From a virus (Duplodnaviria; Caudoviricetes): a stretch of 64,000 nt of DNA. The stretch spans positions 65,557-129,556 of IMG/VR virus record IMGVR_UViG_3300013105_000843. One strand, written 5' to 3'. Position numbers and translations under genes: made by a program. How positions within the stretch are numbered: position 1 is the first letter of the stretch; every line of letters begins with the position of its first letter. Positions 18,869-27,116 of the stretch are shown here, piece after piece. Under the pieces are notes generated by a model. That model searched no databases and was not told the DNA's origin. It saw only the letters and a program-made list of their open reading frames with translations.

Positions 18869-19774
18869 ATGAAACAGGAACAAATCTATGTCGGTATCAA
18901 CGGCGCTACCCTCACCCTTACCAAGGGCAAGGCTGTCGCCGTGTTTCCGCCGCGCAAGGGCGAGAACGGGTCGCACATGCTTCTGGAATCAGGTCAGGTC
19001 GTGAAGGTGTCCGGCACGCGCATCAACGGCGTGGGGGTGCCTCGCTACCTGAAGGAGAACGGGTTTGCGCTGGCGGAGCCGGGTAATGCACTGGCGGCAC
19101 GCCTCGCAGACCTGGTCGACATCCGGGACGGCACGGACCTTGTGGAAGCCGCGAGTCGGGTCCAGGCCGCAGAACTTCAGCGCAAGTTCGCCGGACAGAC
19201 GTGCACGTTCGTGCCATTCGACGAATCGCAGCCCAGCGTTGCCGTCCAGGTTCAGGAATCGAAAGGCTCCCAGGCCATCAGCTTTGACCTGAGGGCGGCC
19301 TTCAGCTCGGGCACGGTCGGAATCGCGTATGTTCCCGGCGGCCGCCTCGGTTTGGAAATCGCGCTCAGCGCCGGCTGGCTGGTGGGCCCGGACGGTGACG
19401 TCGGCAGCATGCCGCGCAACACCGAGTACGGCGGTCTCGTCGAGCAGGCGGTGTACGTCATCTGCAACTGCGGTCTCGGCACCCTGGTCGGTGCGCGGAA
19501 TCTGGTGGCGGACGACGAGGCCCCAGTGGACGCTCCGTACCCGCGCGGGTTGCTCGAGTTCGCCGTGGCCAACGGAGACCGCGTGCAGGTCGGCGGTACG
19601 GGCTGCGACGAACTCGAAGTGGTCTATCGTCGTGCTGGTGACGTGCTGTATTCACGTTCGGGCATGACGAAAGCAAGGCTGGGTGAGGTCATCGGCGATA
19701 TCGCGGCCGTCATGGTGCGTGTCGGCGAGATGGACGCGCGGCCGGCGAAGAAAGCGGGGACGAAGGCTGCATAA
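18869..19774 (+). CDS. Hypothetical protein
   Basis: ATG 18869 with GAGG RBS, 301 aa. Confidence 0.7.
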   Translation: MKQEQIYVGINGATLTLTKGKAVAVFPPRKGENGSHMLLESGQVVKVSGTRINGVGVPRYLKENGFALAEPGNALAARLADLVDIRDGTDLVEAASRVQAAELQRKFAGQTCTFVPFDESQPSVAVQVQESKGSQAISFDLRAAFSSGTVGIAYVPGGRLGLEIALSAGWLVGPDGDVGSMPRNTEYGGLVEQAVYVICNCGLGTLVGARNLVADDEAPVDAPYPRGLLEFAVANGDRVQVGGTGCDELEVVYRRAGDVLYSRSGMTKARLGEVIGDIAAVMVRVGEMDARPAKKAGTKAA

Positions 19775-19793
19775 CCAGGCAATCTGTCACTCG

Positions 19794-19821
19794 AACCTCG
19801 GCTTCCCGCCGAGGTTTTCTT
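19794..19821 (+). terminator. Rho-independent terminator
   Basis: AACCTCGGC-TTCCC-GCCGAGGTT-TTCTT. Confidence 0.75.
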
Positions 19822-19910
19822 GCGCCTACTGACCCGACGTACCTGGACAAGCGGATAGAATGACTGCGACGTAATTCAACTGAAAGACCCCGTATAGGAC
19901 ACGCAAGTAG

Positions 19911-20612
19911 ATGACCCGCGAGACCAGGCCGCGCCCCCTCGATTCCGATGACTTCCAGACCTTCACACAGGTCAGCAAGGGTCTGCCGGACATCAAGCCG
20001 CGCACCGTGCAAAAGAAGCTGGAAGCGTTGTACGAAACCCTTCGCCGCGAAAAGCTTTCGGAGGGCAGCCTCAACGGCCTTTTCGTGACGCTCGGTGAAC
20101 TCGAGGAGCTGTATCACACGACGCTACGCACCGGGTATGAAACCAATGTGGTTTCCCCCGCAGGGGCACGGGCCCTGGTGCGCCTGTACAAGGCCGGCGC
20201 GCTCGACATGAAACCGCGCACCAAGCCCGGCGAGGTGACGCCGGAGCTGACTGAGTATTGCGAGAGCGAACCCAAGTTGATGGCGCGCGCGAAGGAGCGC
20301 CTGGCCCAGCGTGCCGCCTACGAAGCCAAGGTCGCCAATCCGGAAACCATCGTTGAGGGGGAATTCACCTGGTCGCTGCTTAACGCCGTGTTCTTCCGAC
20401 ACGGCAAGGACACGCGCGAAATGGTCGTCGGCGGCCGCACAGTTTCGAAACACCTGCATCCCTTCCGTAGCAACAGCGGCAAGTCGACGGACTTCAACGT
20501 CACGTTCACCTGGAAGTCGACAGACGGCACGGCGCGGCAGTTGGAAAAACAGAGCCTATATGAGTCCAACCGGCGCAACGACGAGGACCGCAACTGGGGG
20601 TTGCCGGAATAA
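19911..20612 (+). CDS. Hypothetical protein
   Basis: 233-aa ORF. Confidence 0.65.
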   Translation: MTRETRPRPLDSDDFQTFTQVSKGLPDIKPRTVQKKLEALYETLRREKLSEGSLNGLFVTLGELEELYHTTLRTGYETNVVSPAGARALVRLYKAGALDMKPRTKPGEVTPELTEYCESEPKLMARAKERLAQRAAYEAKVANPETIVEGEFTWSLLNAVFFRHGKDTREMVVGGRTVSKHLHPFRSNSGKSTDFNVTFTWKSTDGTARQLEKQSLYESNRRNDEDRNWGLPE

Positions 20613-20628
20613 TTCAAAGCTACCAAAT

Positions 20629-20657
20629 AAAAAGGCGCTTGAAATAAGCGCCTTTTT
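20629..20657. terminator. Bidirectional terminator
   Basis: AAAAAGGCGCTT-GAAAT-AAGCGCCTTTTT. Confidence 0.85.
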
Positions 20658-20675
20658 GAGTTTGCATCCGAATGA

Positions 20676-21119
20676 CTAGCCGCCCATCGCGAGCGCACCG
20701 AACAGGTCCTGCCGGCTTTCGATGTAGGCGTGTGCTGCGTTGGTTGCCTCATGGTCTTCCGGGTTGAGTGCCCAGAGGTGACCCAGCGTGACGTCCTCGA
20801 TGACCACGTCGATGTCCTCGTCGGGGCGGGCGCCGTGCAGCGCGCGCCAATCCCGGTCAGAGTAGTCGTCATAGGCTGACATCAACTCGACCTCGCTGCG
20901 AATGCCGAGGGCATCCACCACCTGGCCGCCCGACAGCGCACCAAAGGCATGCACCAACGTCTTGCTGCCATCCTGTCGTGAACGAACGAGCACCGCGCGC
21001 ATGGGCACGTTGAAGCGCTCACGCAACGCGTTCGCGAACAGGCAGCACAGACCGCTGGTCCAATCCTCTGGTTCGACCGACTCGTAAAGCGGATTGGTGT
21101 AGTCCTTGAAGGGCTGCAT
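20676..21119 (-). CDS. Hypothetical protein with a possible papain/transglutaminase-like Cys-His-Asp triad
   Basis: GLCCLFANAL...VHAF...VDALG; AAGGA RBS. Confidence 0.55.
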   Translation of the reverse strand: MQPFKDYTNPLYESVEPEDWTSGLCCLFANALRERFNVPMRAVLVRSRQDGSKTLVHAFGALSGGQVVDALGIRSEVELMSAYDDYSDRDWRALHGARPDEDIDVVIEDVTLGHLWALNPEDHEATNAAHAYIESRQDLFGALAMGG

Positions 21120-21141
21120 GATGAAGTCCTTTGAGAACGGG

Positions 21142-21636
21142 TCAGAGGCGGCCTGATTTCGAGTGCTGCAACAGCAGCTTGTCGTGCGCCCACTCGGCCC
21201 AGGTCTGGGCCAGGATGAACAGCATGAGCGCCTGCACCGGCGTATCGCAGTTGTGCGGGGTGTATTCGACGACCGAGCCGACATGCTCGACGGCCTGTAC
21301 ACCCTCCTCCGCGAGTCGCCCCAGTGTTTCAGGCTCGGCGCCGATGCTTGCACCGAACACCGGGTCGGTGACAAAACGCATGGGCATGGCCGTGCCGGGA
21401 AACAGCACGAGCTGCGCGCGACTGAGCAGAGTCTTCTTCATTTTTTCGATGCGGGAAATCCGCTCGAGCGCGCGCATCTGGAGCTGCTGGTACTCCTCGA
21501 CGGCAACCTCGACGGCATGAAGCCGTGCGAGCGCCTCCGTGGCCACCACCAGCACGAAACCCGCCGCCTTCGGCCCGCGAATCAGGTCGAAACCTTCGAA
21601 GCGGTAGAAGAACTCGCGCAGCTCAGGCTTCTGCAT
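21142..21636 (-). CDS. Hypothetical protein
   Basis: 164-aa ORF overlapping the upstream gene. Confidence 0.6.
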   Translation of the reverse strand: MQKPELREFFYRFEGFDLIRGPKAAGFVLVVATEALARLHAVEVAVEEYQQLQMRALERISRIEKMKKTLLSRAQLVLFPGTAMPMRFVTDPVFGASIGAEPETLGRLAEEGVQAVEHVGSVVEYTPHNCDTPVQALMLFILAQTWAEWAHDKLLLQHSKSGRL

Positions 21637-22009
21637 GATGGCTCTCCAGCATCTGCTCGATTTCCGAGAGCAGCCGGAACCGGCAGCCGGCCTGATGTGC
21701 GCGAAAGTCTTCGTTTTCCTTCATCGGGCAGTTGCATGCGCCGCGTTGGAGAGACTGAACCAGCGAGACGTGCTTGGACGGCATGACGTCCGCCGGCTCT
21801 TCTCCCTCGTCGACGCTGTCGACAGCGGACCGCAGGTCGGTACCGTTGTACTCCTCGAGCATTCTCGAGACGATGTCCCAGGCAGATACGGCTCGCGGGT
21901 TTTCGCTGTGGCGAACAGTCTTGCCCGAGAAATCAAAACCAAACGCTTGCAGCAGCTCTCGAGCCATACGCTCGGCGCCTTCCACCACTTCCTTGTCGGT
22001 CATTGCCAT
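21623..22009 (-). CDS. Hypothetical protein with a CxC..H..C module
   Basis: AAGGA RBS; C-terminal CNCPMK..H..C. Confidence 0.6.
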   Translation of the reverse strand: MAMTDKEVVEGAERMARELLQAFGFDFSGKTVRHSENPRAVSAWDIVSRMLEEYNGTDLRSAVDSVDEGEEPADVMPSKHVSLVQSLQRGACNCPMKENEDFRAHQAGCRFRLLSEIEQMLESHHAEA

Positions 22010-22070
22010 GATTTCGTCCTTTTCCTCAACAGGTGAACGGGTTGTTGCCTGTTGACGTATAGCCACGTCG

Positions 22071-22907
22071 TCAGCGCGTGCCGCGTATCCGGATGGAGGT
22101 GGGCGACAGGACTTCGACGAGCATCAGGGTCGACTCCGGCAGCTTCTGGAAGCGCTGCTGCAGCTCGCGTCCGCCGAACACACGCGGCGTCCTGTTGCCG
22201 GTCGACGTCCGGTTAATCGTCCCGTGGAGGGGGGCTGTTTCGTCGCCGAAGAAAATCTCGAGGCGCTCGCCGCCGGCGCCGAGCAGCCCGTTCGCCGCCA
22301 CGCCGCCGTTGAAGAAGCCCCCTTTCCGGTAGCTGGGCTGCAGCGTGAATTCGAACGTTCCCTGGTGAGCGGACTCGTCGTCCTTCGGCCGCTCCCCCGC
22401 CTGCCCGGCGACCGCATCCGGTGCGCCGGCGGCGGGCACCGCACCCTCGGCCAGCTCCGCCGGCTGCAGCTCGACCAGCTCCGGTTCGCCATCGCGGCTC
22501 TGCTCCTTCATGAGCCTGTTCGCGACGATGTTCCACTCGGGGCGCAGCGTGGCGATGATGCTGGCTTCGAGGCCGGCGGCGAGATTGAGGTGGAACGGCC
22601 CGTAGTGCATCAGGCCGGAATCGGGCAGCGCGTAGACTTCGACCGCGACCCCTTGGGCCAGCAGGTCGCGGATGTTGCGGTTGTTCCGGCTGTTGGTGGT
22701 GCTTTGGGGCCCTGGCGACCGGTACCCGGCCATGCGCTCGCGCAAGGTCTGCGTGGACACGCCGACGTACATCACCTCGCCATCGCCGACGAAGGCGTAG
22801 AGGATGTTGGGCTGCTCGGCAAGCTGCCGGAAGGCAATGCGCAGGGTGCCGTCTTCAAGGAACCAGTCGCCGGCGACCCGGAAGCCGATATCAAGCAGTC
22901 TGTTCAT
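22071..22907 (-). CDS. GIY-YIG family nuclease-like protein
   Basis: ILYAF...YVG...LRERM..Y...E..II....PEWN. Confidence 0.75.
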   Translation of the reverse strand: MNRLLDIGFRVAGDWFLEDGTLRIAFRQLAEQPNILYAFVGDGEVMYVGVSTQTLRERMAGYRSPGPQSTTNSRNNRNIRDLLAQGVAVEVYALPDSGLMHYGPFHLNLAAGLEASIIATLRPEWNIVANRLMKEQSRDGEPELVELQPAELAEGAVPAAGAPDAVAGQAGERPKDDESAHQGTFEFTLQPSYRKGGFFNGGVAANGLLGAGGERLEIFFGDETAPLHGTINRTSTGNRTPRVFGGRELQQRFQKLPESTLMLVEVLSPTSIRIRGTR

Positions 22908-23064
22908 GGCGGTGTGCGCGTGCTGTCGGGGAGCCATAGTCTATGCGGTCTCCGTCGTACGCGACAGCACAAAGTAGTTGCTCTGCCTGGGCCTGCCGCG
23001 CGCTTCACCCGATTACGCGCTTACGTGACCGCAAGCAGCGGCAGCAAAAACAAGGGCACCCGTT

Positions 23065-23340
23065 TCAGGCAGGGCTTCGATATAGTGACGCAGGCCTATA
23101 GTGCAATCCATGCGGCGGCAGCGGGTCAATTTCAAGGCTCGCGCAGGCGTTCGAGTGAACCCTGGCATATTCCTTCGTCCACTCCTTAGGAACGCCATTT
23201 GCGGACTGGCGGCGAAGGTAGTTCTTGACCTTGTACCAGCCCGCTGAGTCTAGCGGTCGGGCAATCCCGAGTTGGTCAGCCGTTGAATCAAAAAGGAGGT
23301 GAACGGCTCGTTCTTCGGACTCTGATAACGCTCTGTACAT
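23065..23340 (-). CDS. Hypothetical protein
   Basis: 91-aa ORF. Confidence 0.45.
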   Translation of the reverse strand: MYRALSESEERAVHLLFDSTADQLGIARPLDSAGWYKVKNYLRRQSANGVPKEWTKEYARVHSNACASLEIDPLPPHGLHYRPASLYRSPA

Positions 23341-23388
23341 GACTTGATTAGTTCCGTTTGATTCGCGGGTTTCGGTATAACGTGGCGG

Positions 23389-23727
23389 TTAATCCGGAGC
23401 GCGGGCGCTTGCCCCCGGTCCGGTCACCTTGGGTGGGAAGGCCCAGTGTCGCGGCAATCTCGGTACGCCTGCCTCATCGGGCTTCACCTCGAAATGGGCG
23501 CAGTAGCCGGTGGCGCATCCACCAGCGATAGCGGCGCGACATTGCCGGCCGTCCGCGCAGCGGTGCAGCTTCCAGTCCGGGTCACCGGGGACGTACTCCG
23601 GGTTGCGCGGCAGTGTCGCGCGCCAACCCTGCCACGTGAGCTTGTAGCGCAGCCACGGCCAGAAGCTCCAGTTCGACCACGGCACGCGTTGGGCGATTCG
23701 ATGCAGTAGCGTCATGATGTGCGTCAC
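23389..23727 (-). CDS. Hypothetical Cys/Trp-rich protein
   Basis: ORF directly downstream of the HD-kinase gene. Confidence 0.5.
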   Translation of the reverse strand: MTHIMTLLHRIAQRVPWSNWSFWPWLRYKLTWQGWRATLPRNPEYVPGDPDWKLHRCADGRQCRAAIAGGCATGYCAHFEVKPDEAGVPRLPRHWAFPPKVTGPGASARAPD

Positions 23728-23731
23728 CGCT

Positions 23732-24910
23732 TTAGTTCGTCACATAGCGCACCGCGTGCGCCTCGGTCGGCATCGGCGGCTCCCACTTCACGAGCATGGC
23801 CTGCAGCGTCTTGTTGGTCAGCGACGTGTCGCGCTTACTGTTGCGCGCGAGCAGCTCCGCGCGCGGCCGCTCGAGGTACACGACTTCGACCTCGGCGTGA
23901 TAGGCGTAGAGCAGGTCGAGGCTGCGCGAGCGCATCTGCTCGGACAGGTGCGTCGCGTTGAAGACGAACGGCTCGTGCGCGCGCAGCAGCGTTTTCGCCT
24001 TGTCGTGCGCGCGGTGCGCGACCATCCCCTCGTTCTTGCCGTGGCGCAGGCCCAGCTCCTCGCGTGCATCGTCGAACGACACCACAGGCCACCAGCCCAC
24101 GTGCTGCTCGACCCATGTGTTCTTGCCCGAGGCCGGCAGGCCCGACATCAGGATGACCTTCGAGCCTTCCGGCTGGTGCAACGCATAGTCGGGGTGGACG
24201 TTCGCCCCGCGAAAGTAACTCACGCGCGTGTGGGCGTCGGCAAAGGCACGCGGCGTGCCGTAGCAGCCCTCCTCGAGCGCCAGTTCGCGGAACAGCTCGA
24301 TGTTGTCGAGCGCCTTCGACGCGTCAGTACAGATGCGGCCGAGCATGTCCGCTTTCGCCAGCATCGTGAGCAGGCGCAGGTCCAGCTGGTACGACAGCGC
24401 GCGCACGCGGAATTCGGGCTGCGTAGCCTTGTGCTGGTCATCGGGGCCGCGGCTCGCGCGCTGCTCGAAAGCGTGGAAAGGCACCTGGTGTACTTGAATG
24501 AGCCGGCAGATGGCCTCGCGCACGTCGAACGGCGCGCCGGCGTCCCAAAGCGCGATGCGCGCGTCGACGGCACCCTTGCGCGAGTGGCCGGGATGCCCGA
24601 TATGGCCCGTCTCGGGATGGATGTCCGTGGTGCTGTACTTCGCGATGTCGTGCAGCAGCGCGGCCAGGAACACGGTCTCCTGGTCCTCGCGCGCGGCGGC
24701 CTGGTACTCCGGCTGCGCGAGCAGCGCCTCCACGACCATCTGCGTGTGCGTCCAGGCGTCGCCCTCGGCGTGCCAGACCGGGCTCTGCGGCGTGGTCTTC
24801 GCGTGCTCGAGCGCCGGGAAGGCCGCGAGGCATGCCGCGTAATCAGGCAGCGCGCCGGCGGCGGGCACCAGCGCCCGGATGTCGTTCCAGTTCATGTCCA
24901 TGTTCCTCAT
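23732..24910 (-). CDS. HD-domain phosphohydrolase / P-loop kinase (PNKP-like end-healing enzyme)
   Basis: WHAEGD..THT, LLHDIAK, GLPASGKNTW (Walker A), FNAT. Confidence 0.85.
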   Translation of the reverse strand: MRNMDMNWNDIRALVPAAGALPDYAACLAAFPALEHAKTTPQSPVWHAEGDAWTHTQMVVEALLAQPEYQAAAREDQETVFLAALLHDIAKYSTTDIHPETGHIGHPGHSRKGAVDARIALWDAGAPFDVREAICRLIQVHQVPFHAFEQRASRGPDDQHKATQPEFRVRALSYQLDLRLLTMLAKADMLGRICTDASKALDNIELFRELALEEGCYGTPRAFADAHTRVSYFRGANVHPDYALHQPEGSKVILMSGLPASGKNTWVEQHVGWWPVVSFDDAREELGLRHGKNEGMVAHRAHDKAKTLLRAHEPFVFNATHLSEQMRSRSLDLLYAYHAEVEVVYLERPRAELLARNSKRDTSLTNKTLQAMLVKWEPPMPTEAHAVRYVTN

Positions 24911-25975
24911 TCAGCGGCCTGGCTCGCACACGGGTGTGCCCGCCGGCACGAAGGTGCCGAGCAACCCCGCGGCCTTTAGCGCCTTGCGGCAGCCCGTGTC
25001 TTCAAACAGCGGCCCTGCCTCGCGCAGCCCGTCCGGGCGCAGCACGTTGCCCCACTTGTCATAGCGCCGGCCGGGTGTGAGCGCCGGCGGCAGCCGCACC
25101 GCGGTGATGCCGGCTGCGCGCCGCACGTCCTCGACGCTGAGCGTCGTCATCTCCGCGGCCCAGTGGTGCGCCGCGCAGACCGCCGCGCCGTTCTCGACGT
25201 AGTAGCCGCCATCGCTCCAGAGCTTGCGCTCGAGGATGTGGTGCGCGTCGACGGCGGGTGCCGGACAGAACACGCAGCGCCCGTGCGAGCGTGCCTTCAC
25301 CTGGCGGTCGAATTCGTCGCGGGTGAGCAGTGTCATCACCCCCTCCCTGGCCCGCAGCCTGTTCGGCACGATGGCTGCGTGCATCCAGTGCTCGTCGGTT
25401 TGCACGTGTTCCGCTCGCACCCACTTCGCGTACGCGCGGCCAAAGTCCTCAAAACGGATGCGGCCGGCGCGCCGCATCACGAGCCCCTCTTCCTGCGTGG
25501 TATCCAGCTCGCGCACGAGCCGGTGAAGCACGCCCTCGTCGAACTCGCCGCGCCACACTTCGGGGACCGGCGTGACGTCAAGCAGCGCGAACACCTCGAG
25601 CGTGTCGTCCCAGGCGAGCGCCGTATTGGTCTCGTCCCACACCGAGAAGCCCATGAAGTAGCTCGGCAGGTCCGTGTACGCGAGCGAGTGCCGCGCATAG
25701 AGGTTTTCGCCGCAGATGCGCCAGCCGTGCGGAATCTCGTGCGCAAAGCGCGCATGCCAGCCCGCGAGCCAGTCGCGTGACGGGTGATGCCGGCTGTCGA
25801 TGGACTTGGCGTGGAAGCCGTCGCGATACAGGCTCGTGTTCTCGCCGTCGCGCTTGAGGGTGACGACGACCTCCTCGCCGCGAAAGTGCGCGAGCGAGCG
25901 AAGCGTCTTGTCGTCGGAGGTGGCGCCCGGCGAGAACGGCATGTGCGGGGTGCGCGGATATTTCTGTCGGCCCAT
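24911..25975 (-). CDS. ATP-dependent RNA ligase fused to a C-terminal HNH-like domain
   Basis: KYPRTPH, KRDGEN (motif I), GENLY, EGLVMR, AKWVR; then CVFC..VDAHH...NG..VC..HH. Confidence 0.85.
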   Translation of the reverse strand: MGRQKYPRTPHMPFSPGATSDDKTLRSLAHFRGEEVVVTLKRDGENTSLYRDGFHAKSIDSRHHPSRDWLAGWHARFAHEIPHGWRICGENLYARHSLAYTDLPSYFMGFSVWDETNTALAWDDTLEVFALLDVTPVPEVWRGEFDEGVLHRLVRELDTTQEEGLVMRRAGRIRFEDFGRAYAKWVRAEHVQTDEHWMHAAIVPNRLRAREGVMTLLTRDEFDRQVKARSHGRCVFCPAPAVDAHHILERKLWSDGGYYVENGAAVCAAHHWAAEMTTLSVEDVRRAAGITAVRLPPALTPGRRYDKWGNVLRPDGLREAGPLFEDTGCRKALKAAGLLGTFVPAGTPVCEPGR

Positions 25976-26011
25976 TGCCTCTGTCCTGGTCTTCAAAACA
26001 GCCTGCGTATC

Positions 26012-26181
26012 AAAGTCAATTTACGGACAGCAGGCTTGCCCCTTCATCACACCGCCCGCCCTGTCCGCGGTTTTCGGTCTATCCGGATTCGGCTATTCCG
26101 ATATGGAAATTCCGAAAAGCGCGGGCAAAAAATCGAGCAGCCAGGTCGGTGGCGCGGGATGGCTGTCCGTAAATTGACTTT
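26012..26181. repeat. 170-bp palindromic element bounded by a perfect 20-bp inverted repeat
   Basis: AAAGTCAATTTACGGACAGC (26012-26031) / GCTGTCCGTAAATTGACTTT (26162-26181), plus an inner stem. Confidence 0.9.
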
Positions 26182-26208
26182 CGCCGCTCGACACCTGAGG
26201 CGCTCGGG

Positions 26209-26547
26209 TTAGCTGGCCGGCGACTCCGCCGAGTTTTGCGCCCGCTGCTCGAGGTCCCGGACATCATGGAACACCACCACCGAGTCGAACAGGAAACACG
26301 TAAGCTGATAAAACGCGGCGAGTACCGCGACAATCACCAGCTCGCTACCCACGCGGGGCATGGCGGATACCAGAAGCGTGGAGAACAGCAGCGTGGCAAA
26401 GGCCAGAGTGTTCGTTGCGAGATGCGCGATTCGCTCGTCCATCGGCAGCGTCCGACGCAGCAGGGCTCGCTCGCGCAGGAGCCGATACTGCATCAATCGC
26501 TGGTAGCGCGCTTCCATGCGCTGGGAATCGAGTCGGCTGAGGTTCAT
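26209..26547 (-). CDS. Small two-TM membrane protein
   Basis: AAGGAG RBS, two hydrophobic helices. Confidence 0.6.
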   Translation of the reverse strand: MNLSRLDSQRMEARYQRLMQYRLLRERALLRRTLPMDERIAHLATNTLAFATLLFSTLLVSAMPRVGSELVIVAVLAAFYQLTCFLFDSVVVFHDVRDLEQRAQNSAESPAS

Positions 26548-26643
26548 GTGCACTCCTTTTGTTGAGGTTCCCCGTATAGCCCCGCTACGGGGCCATCACG
26601 CACACGCGCCTCGCCATTCGCCCGCCGCTCAATGCCCCGTCGC

Positions 26644-26874
26644 TTAGACTGCCGACGAAATGAAGAACGCCAGCGGCAGGAGCGCACTCCCCAACACCGC
26701 CAGCGTCACATTGCCGGTCAGCAAAATTGCGACGTAGCTTGCGTTCGCGTCGAGGCGGCCAAACCGCACCCCGTACCGGAACGCCAGCAGCCAGCACACG
26801 ACCGCGTAGAGCGCGAACAGCGCCACCGCGCCGAGCGGGATAGCCACGGAAACATTCGACTTCTTAAGCATCAC
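26644..26874 (-). CDS. Small membrane protein
   Basis: AAGGAG RBS, two hydrophobic helices. Confidence 0.55.
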   Translation of the reverse strand: MMLKKSNVSVAIPLGAVALFALYAVVCWLLAFRYGVRFGRLDANASYVAILLTGNVTLAVLGSALLPLAFFISSAV

Positions 26875-27100
26875 GTTCTCCTTTTATTGCGACCGGCGAA
26901 GGCCGCGTGACCTTTCTGGCCAAGCCCATAAATCCGTAAACAGTGAGCGCGCCGAGCACGACCGCCAGGCCATAGCCCCATCCATCATGTGTCACGCTCG
27001 CGCGGCCCAAGTGCAGGCCCGCACCCCAACCCATCAGGATTAGGGCGGCAAGCTGGTGTCGCCGACGGTCGCCCTTCTCCGCCACTACCCGTCCGTTCAT
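26864..27100 (-). CDS. Small membrane protein
   Basis: Hydrophobic ORF between parM and the next gene. Confidence 0.45.
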   Translation of the reverse strand: MNGRVVAEKGDRRRHQLAALILMGWGAGLHLGRASVTHDGWGYGLAVVLGALTVYGFMGLARKVTRPSPVAIKGERDA

Positions 27101-27116
27101 GCGTTGACCCACTTGT

